This document shows positions 1-11,122 of a DNA stretch of 64,000 nt, one piece after another. The notes under the pieces are model-generated. The model was not told the DNA's origin. It saw nothing but the letters and a program-made list of their open reading frames with translations, and searched no databases. This DNA comes from a virus. A program made the position numbers and the translations under genes. The stretch lies in the IMG/VR virus record IMGVR_UViG_3300035698_006717, positions 41,410 to 105,409 of that record; one strand, 5' to 3'. Positions within the stretch are counted from its first letter, which is position 1. Each line of letters begins with the position of its first letter.

Positions 1-86
1 TTACATGAGGAAATTAAAACTGTATATGTGTATGAAGATGAAATTGAGACATGGAATACTGAATTCAGAAGAATAGGGTTATCAAA

Positions 87-1067
87 ATGAAAATCTTACT
101 AACAGCTGATTGGCACTTAAAACATAAGCATCCATTCTCTCAAGTGGTAGAGGGCAAGGTGTGGGATGAATTATTTGAAGCAAAAATGAGAGTTCTTTGG
201 GAGCTTCCTAATATTGCGAAGAAAGAAGATGTTGATTGGGTAGCTATAACTGGTGATATATTTGATAACACAAATCCACCTGAAGCTATCAAAGCAGAAG
301 TTTGTAAGTTATTGGATAAGTTCTCTTGTCCTGTTTTCATAATAAACGGTAATCATGAAACTGCTAGCTTTGGCAACCATGCCCTTATGGATATAGGCCA
401 AGCATATAAAAGTACTACCAGTAAGAAGTCTCACGTATTTGTATATAATGACCATAATGTTACTGATGGAATAGGTATGTTCCATATAATGATGGAAGGC
501 ATAGATGAAAGATACAGAAATGTCATTAAGTTTGAGGATTCTAGATTTGCTGATTGCAATACAATACTCCTTGGAGATTATCATGCTTTCTTCAAGAAGA
601 ATTATGGTGGTAAGACTTTTGTCTATCCTGGCACTCCATATCCCACTCGTTTTGGTGAAGAAAATCATTCTGTTTGTATTTTGGAGTGTGACGCTCAAGG
701 AAATACAAGAAATAGTAAACAGGTTGAAATACCCTCATATAAATTCCTTGAATGTAACACGAGTGATATTAAAAAGACAATTGGGGATGCCGATGCAAAA
801 GGCTTTCAGTATGTACTTAAAGTCAGGACTACTGCAAAACCAGAAAATATGAATAAGATAGCTTTGAAGCTACGGGAGTATAAGGTCAAGCTGAGCAAAA
901 GAGAAAATTGCTTAGACTTTGTATATTCTATAAAGGCGGCAAAAGTTGTAGCTGAGTTAGAAGATGTGAGCAATAGATCTGTTGAGGATGTTGCTCTTGA
1001 GTACATAGGTAACAATTGCATGTATCCTGAAGAAGGTAAGGCTTTGTTTAAGGAGTTAATGACGTGA
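87..1067 (+). CDS. sbcD: SbcD/Mre11-like metallophosphoesterase nuclease subunit
   Basis: Motifs TADWH, GDIFD, GNHE, LGDYH, YPGTP; SbcC-like ATPase two genes downstream. Confidence 0.9.
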   Translation: MKILLTADWHLKHKHPFSQVVEGKVWDELFEAKMRVLWELPNIAKKEDVDWVAITGDIFDNTNPPEAIKAEVCKLLDKFSCPVFIINGNHETASFGNHALMDIGQAYKSTTSKKSHVFVYNDHNVTDGIGMFHIMMEGIDERYRNVIKFEDSRFADCNTILLGDYHAFFKKNYGGKTFVYPGTPYPTRFGEENHSVCILECDAQGNTRNSKQVEIPSYKFLECNTSDIKKTIGDADAKGFQYVLKVRTTAKPENMNKIALKLREYKVKLSKRENCLDFVYSIKAAKVVAELEDVSNRSVEDVALEYIGNNCMYPEEGKALFKELMT

Positions 1068-1501
1068 GTTATCCTACAAAAAATGTTACTGGTGTATTTG
1101 TAAATGGTGAAAATGTATCTCACCTAATTGATCCTGAAAGTATTGAAATAGATTGGCAGTTTGATAGAACTAAATTGTATTGTGGTGGATCAGATTACCC
1201 TAATGATGTTAGAGTGAATGGTTATCATCCTAAAATTAAAATGAAAACAACATTTATACCAAAAGGTGAATTTGAATTTGATATAGATTTGAATAAAGGT
1301 GCTGAGAAGATACATTTTAATAGATGTATGGTAGATTCTTCTGAAGATGGTGAATTGACTTTGAAGGCTTTTGTAGATAATAATGGTGGTGTAGGTAGGA
1401 TTGATTTGAAATTGGATTGGACAGAAAAGTACTTCCCTACATTTTTGAAATGGTTCAAGAATTTAAGGCGGTACTGGCGGAAGATTAAGGGCGAAGCATG
1501 A
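1064..1501 (+). CDS. hypothetical protein (beta-rich, weak tail-tube-like appearance)
   Basis: GTGA overlap with sbcD stop; no clear catalytic motif. Confidence 0.6.
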   Translation: MSYPTKNVTGVFVNGENVSHLIDPESIEIDWQFDRTKLYCGGSDYPNDVRVNGYHPKIKMKTTFIPKGEFEFDIDLNKGAEKIHFNRCMVDSSEDGELTLKAFVDNNGGVGRIDLKLDWTEKYFPTFLKWFKNLRRYWRKIKGEA

Positions 1502-1658
1502 GCGCTGGCAAAGGTAGTGCAAGGCGTCAAGAAGATACAAAGGCTATCCGTGATAGATGGCCTATGGATAAGAAGCCAGTTGGTGAAACAAAGTTTGGTA
1601 ACTTTTATATGTGCATTAATTGTTACAAACCTGTCATAAATGGAAAGAAGTGCCCAAG

Positions 1659-3518
1659 ATGCGAATCACAAGAATAAAAGCTGAGAATCTATTCAGCTGG
1701 GAAAAACTAGATATTAAATTTGAAGATGGCACATATTCTCTTACAGGCGAGAATGGTTGCGGCAAGTCTTCTATCTTTGAGATTATTACTTGGATTGGAT
1801 TCAAGAAAACTACCAAGAAGAATGTCAAAGGCGATTATGGTAAGAATAATGGCTGGGGGGAATTAGAGTTTGATAATGGTGAATATGTCATTAGAAGAAA
1901 TACCAAAGAACCTATGAGGATATTAGTTAATGGAGAGGAAGCTGAGCAGGATTATGTTGATAATATCCTAGGGTGCCATTATGATACTTTTATGGCATCT
2001 ATTATGTGCAACCAGAAAAGAGTATCTTCATTTATAAATGAGAAGACTGATACTGGTAAGGCTAGGATATTTGGAGAGATGTTAGGAGCAGGTAGCCTTG
2101 ACAAAATTAGATCTAAGGTAAGTAAGCGCAAAAATGAGAGAGAACTAGAGTTTGAAGGTGCGCGCAGTAAGTTTGAACTTTTGACTGAACAGGTGGATAC
2201 TGCTAAGTTAAAGTTTGGAGGTAAAACTCCAAAACAGTACAAGGCAGTTATTGAAAGGGACAAGGGTGAATACCACAAGCTAGTAGCAGGGGAAAAGTTG
2301 CTACAAGATAAGGTAGATAAGGCATATGATATAGCAAATCTTTGGAGAAACTATGAAAGCTCTCATGTAGAATATAATAAGGCTTTGTCAAAACGCAGCA
2401 ATACGGAGACTGAATTAAAAGAGTCCAAAGATAAATTTGATACTATGGAGATACCTGATGAAACTGGGGCAGGTAAGTATGCGGGTATGTTGGTTAAGGC
2501 TGACAAGATATACCAAAAACTATCTACTGAAGTAATTTACCTTGAAGCAGATATACAAAAGCTAGAAGACATCAAGAGTCTAGGTGAAGGGGAATGCCCT
2601 ACTTGTGGTGAGAAAGTTACCATTAAGAAGATTGAACATATTCAAGGTATTATTGATAGATATGGAACAGATCTATACAAGCTTGAAGAGAAACGCGCTG
2701 AGATAGATACTAAGGTTGCCAAAATTAAGGTCAAGCTTAGAAAGATGAAGGAATATGAGGATGAATGGCAAGAGTCAAGGAAAGATGCAGTATTCCTACA
2801 GCGTATCATAGATAACCTACCCAAGATAATTAAGGTTGAACCTCCTAAACAAGAGAAGATGGACGTTTCAGAGCTTAAGTCAGATCTAGCTAGGAGCCGC
2901 GATAAGGCGTTTGAACTTAAGGGGGGTATAAGGGATAGGGTAAACGTATTGAAAGGCTATATAGAAGCTGAGAGGAGCTTAAAAGCGGCTGAAAGTATCT
3001 ATAGGGATAGGGAGAAGGAATACTATGTAGCAAAATGGTTGTTCACTTCCCTACCTTTGATAAAACTTATGTTTATTGAAGAGAATAAGATGGTGTTGGA
3101 GAATGCTATTAATGAATACTTGTCTACTATGAATGTACAGTTCATGGTTAAGATTGATACACAAAAGGAAATGAAATCAAGGAAAGAGATTAAGGATGAA
3201 TTCTCATTCCAAATATTAAGCTCTAACAGGAAGGTTGATAAGGCAGATTTATCTGGTGGAGAGGAGACAATAATACTACTTGCTACTCAGTTTGCTATTA
3301 ATGATCTGATTAATCCTAATTTGAAGCTAGAAATATATGATGAGATTTATGGAGCATTATCTGACAATAATGTCAGCACAGTAGTAGATGCTATAAAGGA
3401 TAGAGGTGAGTCCAAACAGATATTCACTATATCCCACAAACCTGAAATAAGTAACTCATTTGATAGTTCCATTCTAATCAAAAAGAATGAGGAAGGCAGT
3501 TATGTTGAAAGAATTTGA
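1659..3518 (+). CDS. sbcC: SbcC/Rad50-like SMC ATPase
   Basis: Walker A GENGCGKS, zinc hook CPTCG in long coiled coil, signature LSGGE, Walker B EIYDEI, H-loop ISH; start moved to MRITRIK. Confidence 0.92.
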   Translation: MRITRIKAENLFSWEKLDIKFEDGTYSLTGENGCGKSSIFEIITWIGFKKTTKKNVKGDYGKNNGWGELEFDNGEYVIRRNTKEPMRILVNGEEAEQDYVDNILGCHYDTFMASIMCNQKRVSSFINEKTDTGKARIFGEMLGAGSLDKIRSKVSKRKNERELEFEGARSKFELLTEQVDTAKLKFGGKTPKQYKAVIERDKGEYHKLVAGEKLLQDKVDKAYDIANLWRNYESSHVEYNKALSKRSNTETELKESKDKFDTMEIPDETGAGKYAGMLVKADKIYQKLSTEVIYLEADIQKLEDIKSLGEGECPTCGEKVTIKKIEHIQGIIDRYGTDLYKLEEKRAEIDTKVAKIKVKLRKMKEYEDEWQESRKDAVFLQRIIDNLPKIIKVEPPKQEKMDVSELKSDLARSRDKAFELKGGIRDRVNVLKGYIEAERSLKAAESIYRDREKEYYVAKWLFTSLPLIKLMFIEENKMVLENAINEYLSTMNVQFMVKIDTQKEMKSRKEIKDEFSFQILSSNRKVDKADLSGGEETIILLATQFAINDLINPNLKLEIYDEIYGALSDNNVSTVVDAIKDRGESKQIFTISHKPEISNSFDSSILIKKNEEGSYVERI

Positions 3519-3897
3519 AAAATTAGTCAAGATCTGTAAGAAGTCTAATGCGTTGGAGTTTGTTACAGAAGGTGAAGTTGAAAATAATATAGGGGAAACT
3601 GAAATTGGAATCTTTACCAAAGGATTTGGTGTGGTATTCAAGAAAAAGAATTCTGAAGGAAAACCAGCAGAAGAAATTGACAATCCTGATAATGAAGTTG
3701 AAGCTGAAGCTGAAGAAGTAAATGCTGAGATGCCTGAAGATGGCATAACAATAAATGGTAAAGTTCAAAAGGTTAAAGGTGAAGTTGGTATGAGAATTAA
3801 AACTGATACTGGCATAATTGAATTCTTTGTTCCTGAGATTGATGCTTTCTTTGGCGATGGTGATGAAGTAGAGATGAAGTTGGTTAAGAATGCCTGA
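3502..3897 (+). CDS. hypothetical acidic protein
   Basis: ORF track; AGGAAGG upstream of ATG 3502. Confidence 0.65.
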   Translation: MLKEFEKLVKICKKSNALEFVTEGEVENNIGETEIGIFTKGFGVVFKKKNSEGKPAEEIDNPDNEVEAEAEEVNAEMPEDGITINGKVQKVKGEVGMRIKTDTGIIEFFVPEIDAFFGDGDEVEMKLVKNA

Positions 3898-4192
3898 AGG
3901 GAAGGCTGATAAGGAATTCTTTGATGAGATACTTGGAAGAGTAGACTGGGACTACTTCCTACCTGATGTTATTGATTTGAAAGATAAGATTACAATAGCT
4001 ATGCTGATAGAACTTAACGCTACTCAAGCGCTGATGTGTAATTTGTTGAATGAAAATATGGAAGATAATAATAGAGCAGGAGCAGATTGTGTTATCTGCC
4101 CAGATTGTAAAAATGAAGTAGTGCCAGACGCTTTGGGCTACTGCCCTAAATGCAAAAGTGATTTAGCAAGGTTTCTTAAAAAAGGTGCCTAG
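3890..4192 (+). CDS. hypothetical zinc-ribbon protein
   Basis: CPDC...CPKC near C-terminus. Confidence 0.65.
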   Translation: MPEGKADKEFFDEILGRVDWDYFLPDVIDLKDKITIAMLIELNATQALMCNLLNENMEDNNRAGADCVICPDCKNEVVPDALGYCPKCKSDLARFLKKGA

Positions 4193-4617
4193 CATTTAGG
4201 GACATAAAGTTATTTACTTGGTGGATAGTTTCTATTATATTAGGGGTAATGATGGCTAGATTTCATATGTATAAAAAGGTGATAACTTGGGAGCAATTGT
4301 GGAAATGTTGCAACCATAGGAAGTTATGTAGGTTCTGTGACATCATAACAGATGAATGTGAAGATAAGGATTGCAAGCCAAATAATGATACAAAAGCTAG
4401 ATGCCCAATATGGAATGGTATGCTAGAGAATTTGGTTATGGTTCGTAAGGATAACTATAGAAGGGACAATAATGGACAGGAAAGACCGCACCAGAAGTTC
4501 CATGATGAGAAAAGAGATAGTCAAGATTGAGAATGGCTATGAGTTCTACTCTGATGGTACTATGAAGAAGATTGAAAAGGAAGCTGATAAGAAATCCTCA
4601 GATACTTTGGAGAAATA

Positions 4618-5169
4618 ATGAAACTGTTAGGACTTGATGTATCCAAAGCTAGAACTGGATTCTGTCACTTTGATGATGATACACTTGGAGCATATGGTGC
4701 TATAGAGTGCCCTAAAAATTTGAGTAAAATTAAGCAAGATACTCCTGAGTTTGCCGAGTTACTTTGGTGGTACTTTAAGGAGGTAAGAAATTTAGTGAAA
4801 GGATTTCAGCCTGATATCATAGTTCTTGAGAGATTAAATCTTGAACACAATAGGGCTGCAAAAACAATAATTCAATTTCACGCAACAGCTATTTTGGCTG
4901 CAAAAATACCAGTTAGAGGTATACTGTTAGGATACATACATAATAAAACTGCCAAGGCTAAGTTCAAAGCCAACACTAGAGTTAGAGATGTTGACCCTAG
5001 TGTAATTGCAAAAATGAAAGAGCATAAAATAGACAGGCATGTTAAGATTCTTATGGTTGATGCTATTAATGAAAAGTATGGCTTAAATTTAACATACAAG
5101 CAAGATGATGAGGCTGACTCAATAGCCTTAGTTGACACATATTATGCCAAGGAGATATGCGGTGAGTAA
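4618..5169 (+). CDS. RuvC-like Holliday junction resolvase
   Basis: N-terminal LGLDVS..TG, IVLE, C-terminal DDEADSIA acidic motif. Confidence 0.85.
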   Translation: MKLLGLDVSKARTGFCHFDDDTLGAYGAIECPKNLSKIKQDTPEFAELLWWYFKEVRNLVKGFQPDIIVLERLNLEHNRAAKTIIQFHATAILAAKIPVRGILLGYIHNKTAKAKFKANTRVRDVDPSVIAKMKEHKIDRHVKILMVDAINEKYGLNLTYKQDDEADSIALVDTYYAKEICGE

Positions 5170-5536
5170 ATATGATGGAATGACAATAGAAGGTCTGATG
5201 GAAGAGTTTAAGAGAAAGAATATGCCGCTGCCATCTGGATCAGTAGCAAAGGAGCTTATAGGCTTACTACAGGAAAGGGATAATCTTGTTACCAATATTG
5301 GCAATGTTGGTAACACTACTGAGAAGTATCCTGAGACAAAATTCAATAATATCGCAGTTGCGTCATTCTTCTACATTCTTGGGAAATTGTGTATCAAGTA
5401 TGATGAGGAATTATACCTTGAGATTGATACAGTAAGACAGCAGTGTCATTTGAAGGAAGGGTATGCTCTTAAGGATTTTGATGTCAATGTTTGCGATATT
5501 AGTTATTCCTACAAGAAGGGCAAAGGGAAGAAATAA
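5162..5536 (+). CDS. hypothetical protein
   Basis: GTG start after AGGAG, overlapping the resolvase stop. Confidence 0.6.
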   Translation: MSKYDGMTIEGLMEEFKRKNMPLPSGSVAKELIGLLQERDNLVTNIGNVGNTTEKYPETKFNNIAVASFFYILGKLCIKYDEELYLEIDTVRQQCHLKEGYALKDFDVNVCDISYSYKKGKGKK

Positions 5537-5928
5537 TGCCAAAATTTAGCAATAGTTCTAATAGTAAATTGCACACATGCAATGCTGGCCTTATTTCAAT
5601 ATTTGAAGATGCTATTGAAATATTTGATTGTAAGGTTCTATGCGGCCACAGATTGGAGGCTGAACAGAACGCTCTATATGAGCAAGATTATTCTCAGCTA
5701 CAGTATCCTGAATCTAAGCATAATGTATTCCCTTCTATGGCTGTAGATGTAGCTCCATATCCAATTGATTGGGATGATACAAGAAGGTTCTATTTATTCG
5801 CTGGCCTCATTAAGGGTATTGCTTATGGTGCTGGACTTGATATTGTATGGGGTGGAGATTGGGATAATGATACACAAGTCAAAGATAACAAGTTTAATGA
5901 TTTAGTCCACTTTCAACTTGGAAGGTAG
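5536..5928 (+). CDS. M15-family (L-alanyl-D-glutamate type) peptidase endolysin
   Basis: R..EQ..LY, SKHN...AVDV, WGGDW, DLVHFQL motifs. Confidence 0.9.
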   Translation: MPKFSNSSNSKLHTCNAGLISIFEDAIEIFDCKVLCGHRLEAEQNALYEQDYSQLQYPESKHNVFPSMAVDVAPYPIDWDDTRRFYLFAGLIKGIAYGAGLDIVWGGDWDNDTQVKDNKFNDLVHFQLGR

Positions 5929-5930
5929 CA

Positions 5931-6557
5931 ATGCCCAGTACAGATAAAAGGAAGCATTCAACAAAAGCAAAGAAACGGTTTGAAGAGAAGTATCTTCTCA
6001 CAGATGACCGTAGCAACCCGTATTATATGTATGTACCAAATAAAACTGATACAGACACATTACGGAAACTGATGGATACTCGCAACTATATCCGTATTAT
6101 GACACAATTGGACAAAAACCAATACATAGTTGCTCAGTATTATATCTATACTGAGGGTGATATATGGATGTGCGGAGATTCCCTAACATTCAATCAGAAT
6201 CCTGATAAGAAGATATGGTGCGAATGTTTGTGTATGCCAAGGAAAGATAAGTGCATATGCTATGAAGAAGCTACTAATGAATTTCTGAGCGTATGTCCAG
6301 AGTGTAAAAAACTTGGTATATTTATCAAGGATACCGCCTTTAAATGTAAGCATTGTGATTTTGTCCTTAGATGGAATTTGGTAAGTGATCTACCTTTTGC
6401 CAAGATACCGTGCCAGTATTGCCCTAGAGAGATAGGTTGGGATAAGGCTCAGAATATTAGGGAGTTGGTGATTAAGCATTTGGTCAATAGGTCTCACATA
6501 GTTGCTCAATATCAAGAAAAAAAGATTGAAGAAATAATGGAGGGTGAAGGTGAATAA
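5931..6557 (+). CDS. Cys-rich hypothetical protein (multiple CxxC)
   Basis: CPEC, CKHC, CQYC; internal repeat IVAQY. Confidence 0.65.
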   Translation: MPSTDKRKHSTKAKKRFEEKYLLTDDRSNPYYMYVPNKTDTDTLRKLMDTRNYIRIMTQLDKNQYIVAQYYIYTEGDIWMCGDSLTFNQNPDKKIWCECLCMPRKDKCICYEEATNEFLSVCPECKKLGIFIKDTAFKCKHCDFVLRWNLVSDLPFAKIPCQYCPREIGWDKAQNIRELVIKHLVNRSHIVAQYQEKKIEEIMEGEGE

Positions 6558-6942
6558 TTGGATACTAACATTAATAAATAAACCTAAGACATCTGAAGAT
6601 GCTATGGCTTTGGGTCACAGATATTGGAGCTGGTGGTGTGAGCAACGCGGCGTTATTGAATTACCAACTGACCCAGAAAATAGAAATCCATTTTTAAAAG
6701 AAGAGTATTCAATTAAAGGAGTTGGTGATGAATGAACTACAGAAGATTAAAAAATTCCAAGACCCTAATGTTAATATTGGTGATTTGAATAGTCTAGTTG
6801 ACATACTTAATGCTATGGTTGGTGTGATCAATACATTCAGTAAGCAGGTAGAGTTTACTAACTCTGCTATCAAGAAGTTTGATATGCAGATGCAGGAGAT
6901 TGATAAGGTTGTAACTGAAATGCTAGAACAGGAGAAGGAATC

Positions 6943-7368
6943 ATGAGTGAGCTTACTGATTCACAAGGCATAAGCCTGAATCCCACTAGGAATGTAAAAC
7001 GCAAATATGAGAAGTATTGCATATGCGTTGAGTGTGAAAAATTTTCAGTTCAATCTAATCTTGTCGTAAGATACCTATGCACTAGATGCGGAAGGGGTAA
7101 TAATGCTGAAGAAGCTGTTTCTAGATTTGCTGAATGGGATAAGGGTGAGTTAGAGCTTACGGATAAGTCACAAGCCCCTGCCCTAGTTAGAGTTGATGGT
7201 GGCAAGTTGGCATATACTAAGTTCAGAGATGAGATGCAGATCCGTAGTGATATGTTTGTAGGTGGGAAAACTAGAGACTCTATGGGATCTCATAATTTCC
7301 GCAAGCAGTTGAAGAGAGAGCTAATGCATGAGAAAGCATATCGTGGTGAGAAGTCGGATGTAGATTGA
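6943..7368 (+). CDS. zinc-ribbon hypothetical protein
   Basis: CVEC...CTRC; operon-style overlap. Confidence 0.6.
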   Translation: MSELTDSQGISLNPTRNVKRKYEKYCICVECEKFSVQSNLVVRYLCTRCGRGNNAEEAVSRFAEWDKGELELTDKSQAPALVRVDGGKLAYTKFRDEMQIRSDMFVGGKTRDSMGSHNFRKQLKRELMHEKAYRGEKSDVD

Positions 7369-7760
7369 TAATGGATAAAGAATGGATACAACACCTCAGT
7401 GATAAGGATGCATACTATAGGCTGTATGCTGAGTTTCTGATGAAGGTCTATAATGATATTTTAACAACAAGTGATTTTAGGAGTGCCTTTTATAAATGGT
7501 TGGTTGAAGGTGATGGTTACTACAGAGAGAGGCTGAGGAGTCATTTTGAATCAGTCAATTGGCTTTTGAATTATTCAATTGGGTCAATTTGCTTTGAAGT
7601 ATTAAAAATCAATCATCTTAGGATAGAGGATGTAGAAAAGTCAATCTATCGCAAAATGCAATCAAATAAGAAGTTCAATAAATTCTTTGTAAGTTATGGA
7701 AATGAAATAGAGCGGGTGGTTCATGATACCGAAGAACAAGAATGCTCTGAAAAACTTTAA
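7365..7760 (+). CDS. hypothetical protein
   Basis: ORF track, operon-style overlap. Confidence 0.6.
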   Translation: MIMDKEWIQHLSDKDAYYRLYAEFLMKVYNDILTTSDFRSAFYKWLVEGDGYYRERLRSHFESVNWLLNYSIGSICFEVLKINHLRIEDVEKSIYRKMQSNKKFNKFFVSYGNEIERVVHDTEEQECSEKL

Positions 7761-8172
7761 GGGCTTGATTGATAAGCAGCAAAGTACCATAGTAAAGGCT
7801 AAAGCTGCAGGCAAGCCAAATCCAAAGTATGAATCTATTACTGGTACTTGTATGTGCTGTGATAGAGAAAATATTAGGATTGCTAAGAAGATTGAGATGC
7901 TTTGCTCTTATTGTTATAATTGGTGCCACAAATACATATTAGATAATTATGGATACTATTCTAGCAAACACCTAGCGGTAGCAATGTGTGCATTTCAGAA
8001 TTCTATAGAATGTAGGTTTTGCCATAAGGAACTCCCCCGTATCAAGGAGGATGGTGCTATAAGGAAGGGCAAACCAATATGCGATACTTGCTATGAGATA
8101 TATAAGGTGGCCCGTGAGTCGGGGAAGAGAGAACGGGAAAGAAACAAATACAAGAGAAGGGATTTTGCATAA
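7723..8172 (+). CDS. Cys-rich hypothetical protein
   Basis: CMCC, CSYC, CRFC, CDTC. Confidence 0.6.
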   Translation: MIPKNKNALKNFKGLIDKQQSTIVKAKAAGKPNPKYESITGTCMCCDRENIRIAKKIEMLCSYCYNWCHKYILDNYGYYSSKHLAVAMCAFQNSIECRFCHKELPRIKEDGAIRKGKPICDTCYEIYKVARESGKRERERNKYKRRDFA

Positions 8173-8615
8173 TGGGTGAGAATAAGTTTGGTTTTATAAA
8201 CCATACTATTGATAAAATACACGGTGCTGAGCCTTATGTTAGCTTTGTATTAGATTTCAGCAATCTACTGGATCATGATACATTACATCATAGTATCATA
8301 GTAGATTTTGATGACTTATCAAATCTAAGTAAGGTGAATAATATCAGAGGATTTATACTGTTCATGCCTTTCCTATATGAACAGGATGTTTCTAAAATTA
8401 TGAATCGTATAAACAAAATGGAATGGAAGGGGAAGGTTCTGATATTTGATATCAAGAGCAATTGCGCGCAAGATTGGATAAGGAAGGTTCCTACTCTGCC
8501 TGGCATGAGTCTGAGGGGTGTAGAAGATATTGAGCAGAACTTTTTTGTAATGAGATGGAATAAGTTTAGGAATGTTAAGGAACACTTAAAATATGATAAT
8601 GCGGAGATATCATGA
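8172..8615 (+). CDS. hypothetical protein
   Basis: TAATG overlap with the previous gene. Confidence 0.6.
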   Translation: MGENKFGFINHTIDKIHGAEPYVSFVLDFSNLLDHDTLHHSIIVDFDDLSNLSKVNNIRGFILFMPFLYEQDVSKIMNRINKMEWKGKVLIFDIKSNCAQDWIRKVPTLPGMSLRGVEDIEQNFFVMRWNKFRNVKEHLKYDNAEIS

Positions 8616-8695
8616 TATCTCGCAATATATTTGCGATAAAGCAGATATTATCAGGCATCATGATATCCCGCAATATATTTGCGTTAAATCAGATA
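8604..8695. repeat. two ~39-bp direct repeats (48-bp period) with internal palindromes
   Basis: ATCATGATATC(T/C)CGCAATATATTTGCG(A/T)TAAA(G/T)CAGATA at 8609 and 8657; perfect palindrome GAGATATCATGATATCTC at 8604-8621. Confidence 0.9.
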
Positions 8696-8707
8696 GGAGC
8701 ATAAGTC

Positions 8708-9508
8708 ATGGGAGGATTCAGAGGAACTCAAAAAGCAGCTGTGGATAAGGTGATATCAGAAGACAAGCAGCCAGCTGGTAAGAGCACTTGCAATGCAGTT
8801 AGGAAGAACAGTGACGGATATTGTAAACTGCCAGGTGTTGAGGAATTTAGTAGATGTAGGTTACATGGTGGATCTAATGAGTTAGCTGTTGATATATTCA
8901 GAAAGGCTATGCCTTTGGAGAAAGCTGGCAAGCTTGAGGCTTTGCTGAATGATACTATGAGTATGGATAATGAGCTTGCTGCTGCTAAGACTATGTTAGT
9001 TCAAGAGCTTGAGAATTACAATAGGGCAAATTATGTATTGAACTCTTATGTTGAGCAGACTCCTGCGCGTCCTACTCCTGACGATCCTGATTTTGAGCGT
9101 GAGATGGTATCATATAATATTGCAACTGAATTGCATGCCATTATTATGGATAAGGCAGAGAATATGAGAGACAAGTCTTTTGATAATTCTCAGAAGCTGA
9201 TTCGTATTCTAAGTGAGGGAGTTACCAAGAATAATAAGATCAAGGAAGGTAACAAATTCCAGCTTGATGTTAAACAGATTAGCAGACTACTCAAGATACA
9301 GCTAGAGGCTCATCAATATTGCAAGGGGTGCCCGAAGTTGAAGTTAGTAGTGACTCATATTAAGGAGCACACTCAAGATATACCTCTGAACCCCAATTTC
9401 TCTAAGAAGAATAAGGAAGCAGTTGGCCGCAGAGCCTATAAGGATTTGGTAAGTGAAGTTGAGAGTAGAATGGGTGGCGCTGAGGAAGCTGAATTTGAAG
9501 TAGAATAA
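8708..9508 (+). CDS. HGGxSTG-like domain protein, putative terminase small subunit
   Basis: CNA.RK...YC...RCRLHGG motif followed by helical/coiled region, as in many TerS-like genes. Confidence 0.6.
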   Translation: MGGFRGTQKAAVDKVISEDKQPAGKSTCNAVRKNSDGYCKLPGVEEFSRCRLHGGSNELAVDIFRKAMPLEKAGKLEALLNDTMSMDNELAAAKTMLVQELENYNRANYVLNSYVEQTPARPTPDDPDFEREMVSYNIATELHAIIMDKAENMRDKSFDNSQKLIRILSEGVTKNNKIKEGNKFQLDVKQISRLLKIQLEAHQYCKGCPKLKLVVTHIKEHTQDIPLNPNFSKKNKEAVGRRAYKDLVSEVESRMGGAEEAEFEVE

Positions 9509-9554
9509 AATCAATACTCTTCAGTTTAAACAGAGGTATACTATAGATATATAG
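9507..9554 (+). promoter_or_regulatory. repeated early promoter, copy 1
   Basis: AAAATCA-ATACTC-17 nt-TATACT. Confidence 0.75.
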
Positions 9555-10561
9555 CGATAGCTAACTGAACTAGAAAGGCTGAACTAATTATGCTTCTCGC
9601 TGACCATGAATTCAATTTTCCAGAGGACAGGATGACAAATGCTATTAGAAGTAGGTTTGCGATAATGCTATCTTTGAATGGTATATGCAAATCTGATGTG
9701 TATGAACTTTCAAGAACCGATGGGAATTTGCTTGCAGTATGGAATAGATTTTATGAAGAATGGAAGAGTGATAAATCAGATTACTGTATGAGAGACTTTG
9801 CATTTATGTATGAGTGCTACAAATATGAGGAAGTAAAATTCACCATTTGGAGAACATATGCTATGTGGAGATTCCTTATGCGTAGCGCAGTTAGGATAAT
9901 GAGGTTTACTATACCAGTAACTCTAGTAATTGGGGCCTATATCTATTTCAACTAAAATTCAGCTATTTGAACGTATCGGCCTAGGCTATATTAAAGGTAA
10001 GGGAGGAAGGTACTATGTTTTCAATTGTAGCAGCTGAACTGAAGGGTGCAGAATAATGAAACTACAAGACTTATTTGAAGAAGCTGAGAAGGCAAGAAAG
10101 AAAACTGAATTGGTAGCAAAGCCACTTTATGAAGATTGGCATAATAAGCTAACAGATGCTATAGAGTATGCTTTCAAAACCAAAAAAGGTCAAGACATAT
10201 GTGGCCTACCCACTACTCCACTAAGGTTCAAATTTAAAGATGGAACAGTATTTGAAGTAAGACCTGCATATATGAATGCGCAAGGAGATTTCAAGAATGG
10301 CGTATTTAAATGGAGTGCAGGCGAAGTTTTCACGCTGAAGAAGATTCCTACACAACCATTTTAACGAGAGGAGTGTGATGTGGTGTAAGATAGTTGTTAA
10401 GTTGAAGGTAAGAGATCATAGTTGGTGGGAGGATATACCTGATGAGATTATGAATAGCGATGAACTATTGTCTAAATTTATTAAGACTGTCACCGACATC
10501 TTCAAACCGATAGATGTTGAGGTATATCCTGAAGAGCAAATTAATATGGAAGGAATTGTAA

Positions 10562-11122
10562 ATGGGCAAGAGGCCAAAAACGAAAGCTGAAGTTACTCCT
10601 GAAATTGTTGAAGAAAAACCAGCAGAAGAAATTCAGCCTGAAGAAATTCAAGTTGAAGAAACTCAACCAGAAGAAGTAAAGCCAGAAGTAGTTGATGAAG
10701 AACCTGTGGTATATGACAATACAGGAAAGCTGTTCCTGAGATATTTCTTCTCTAATGAGTCAGTATCTTCCAAGGTCATTACCAAGCTGAACAAGAAAGT
10801 GTATTTCCCCAAGAATCCTAATATCAGCCCAGGCTGGTATGTTACATCTGTGATAGAAGAGAAAGATAAGTATGGTGTGATGGATGCTATACCTATTACA
10901 GAAGTTCCTGATGAGCTTTGGGGTAAGAAGATCATAAAAGGTATTTTCATTAAGCCTAATTATGAGAAGGGTGTTATGGAGATCCACAGAGCTATGCCGA
11001 AGGATAAGTTGAAGACTGAGGAGTCTCCAATTATTCACACGGTTCCTCTGAATATGCCCAACTATACTTCTGGTAATACTATTGAGAATATTATCCAGAG
11101 TAAGAAGGACAATAAAAGATGA
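10562..11122 (+). CDS. hypothetical protein with acidic N-terminal EEIQP-type repeats
   Basis: ORF track; low-complexity PEE repeats. Confidence 0.65.
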   Translation: MGKRPKTKAEVTPEIVEEKPAEEIQPEEIQVEETQPEEVKPEVVDEEPVVYDNTGKLFLRYFFSNESVSSKVITKLNKKVYFPKNPNISPGWYVTSVIEEKDKYGVMDAIPITEVPDELWGKKIIKGIFIKPNYEKGVMEIHRAMPKDKLKTEESPIIHTVPLNMPNYTSGNTIENIIQSKKDNKR

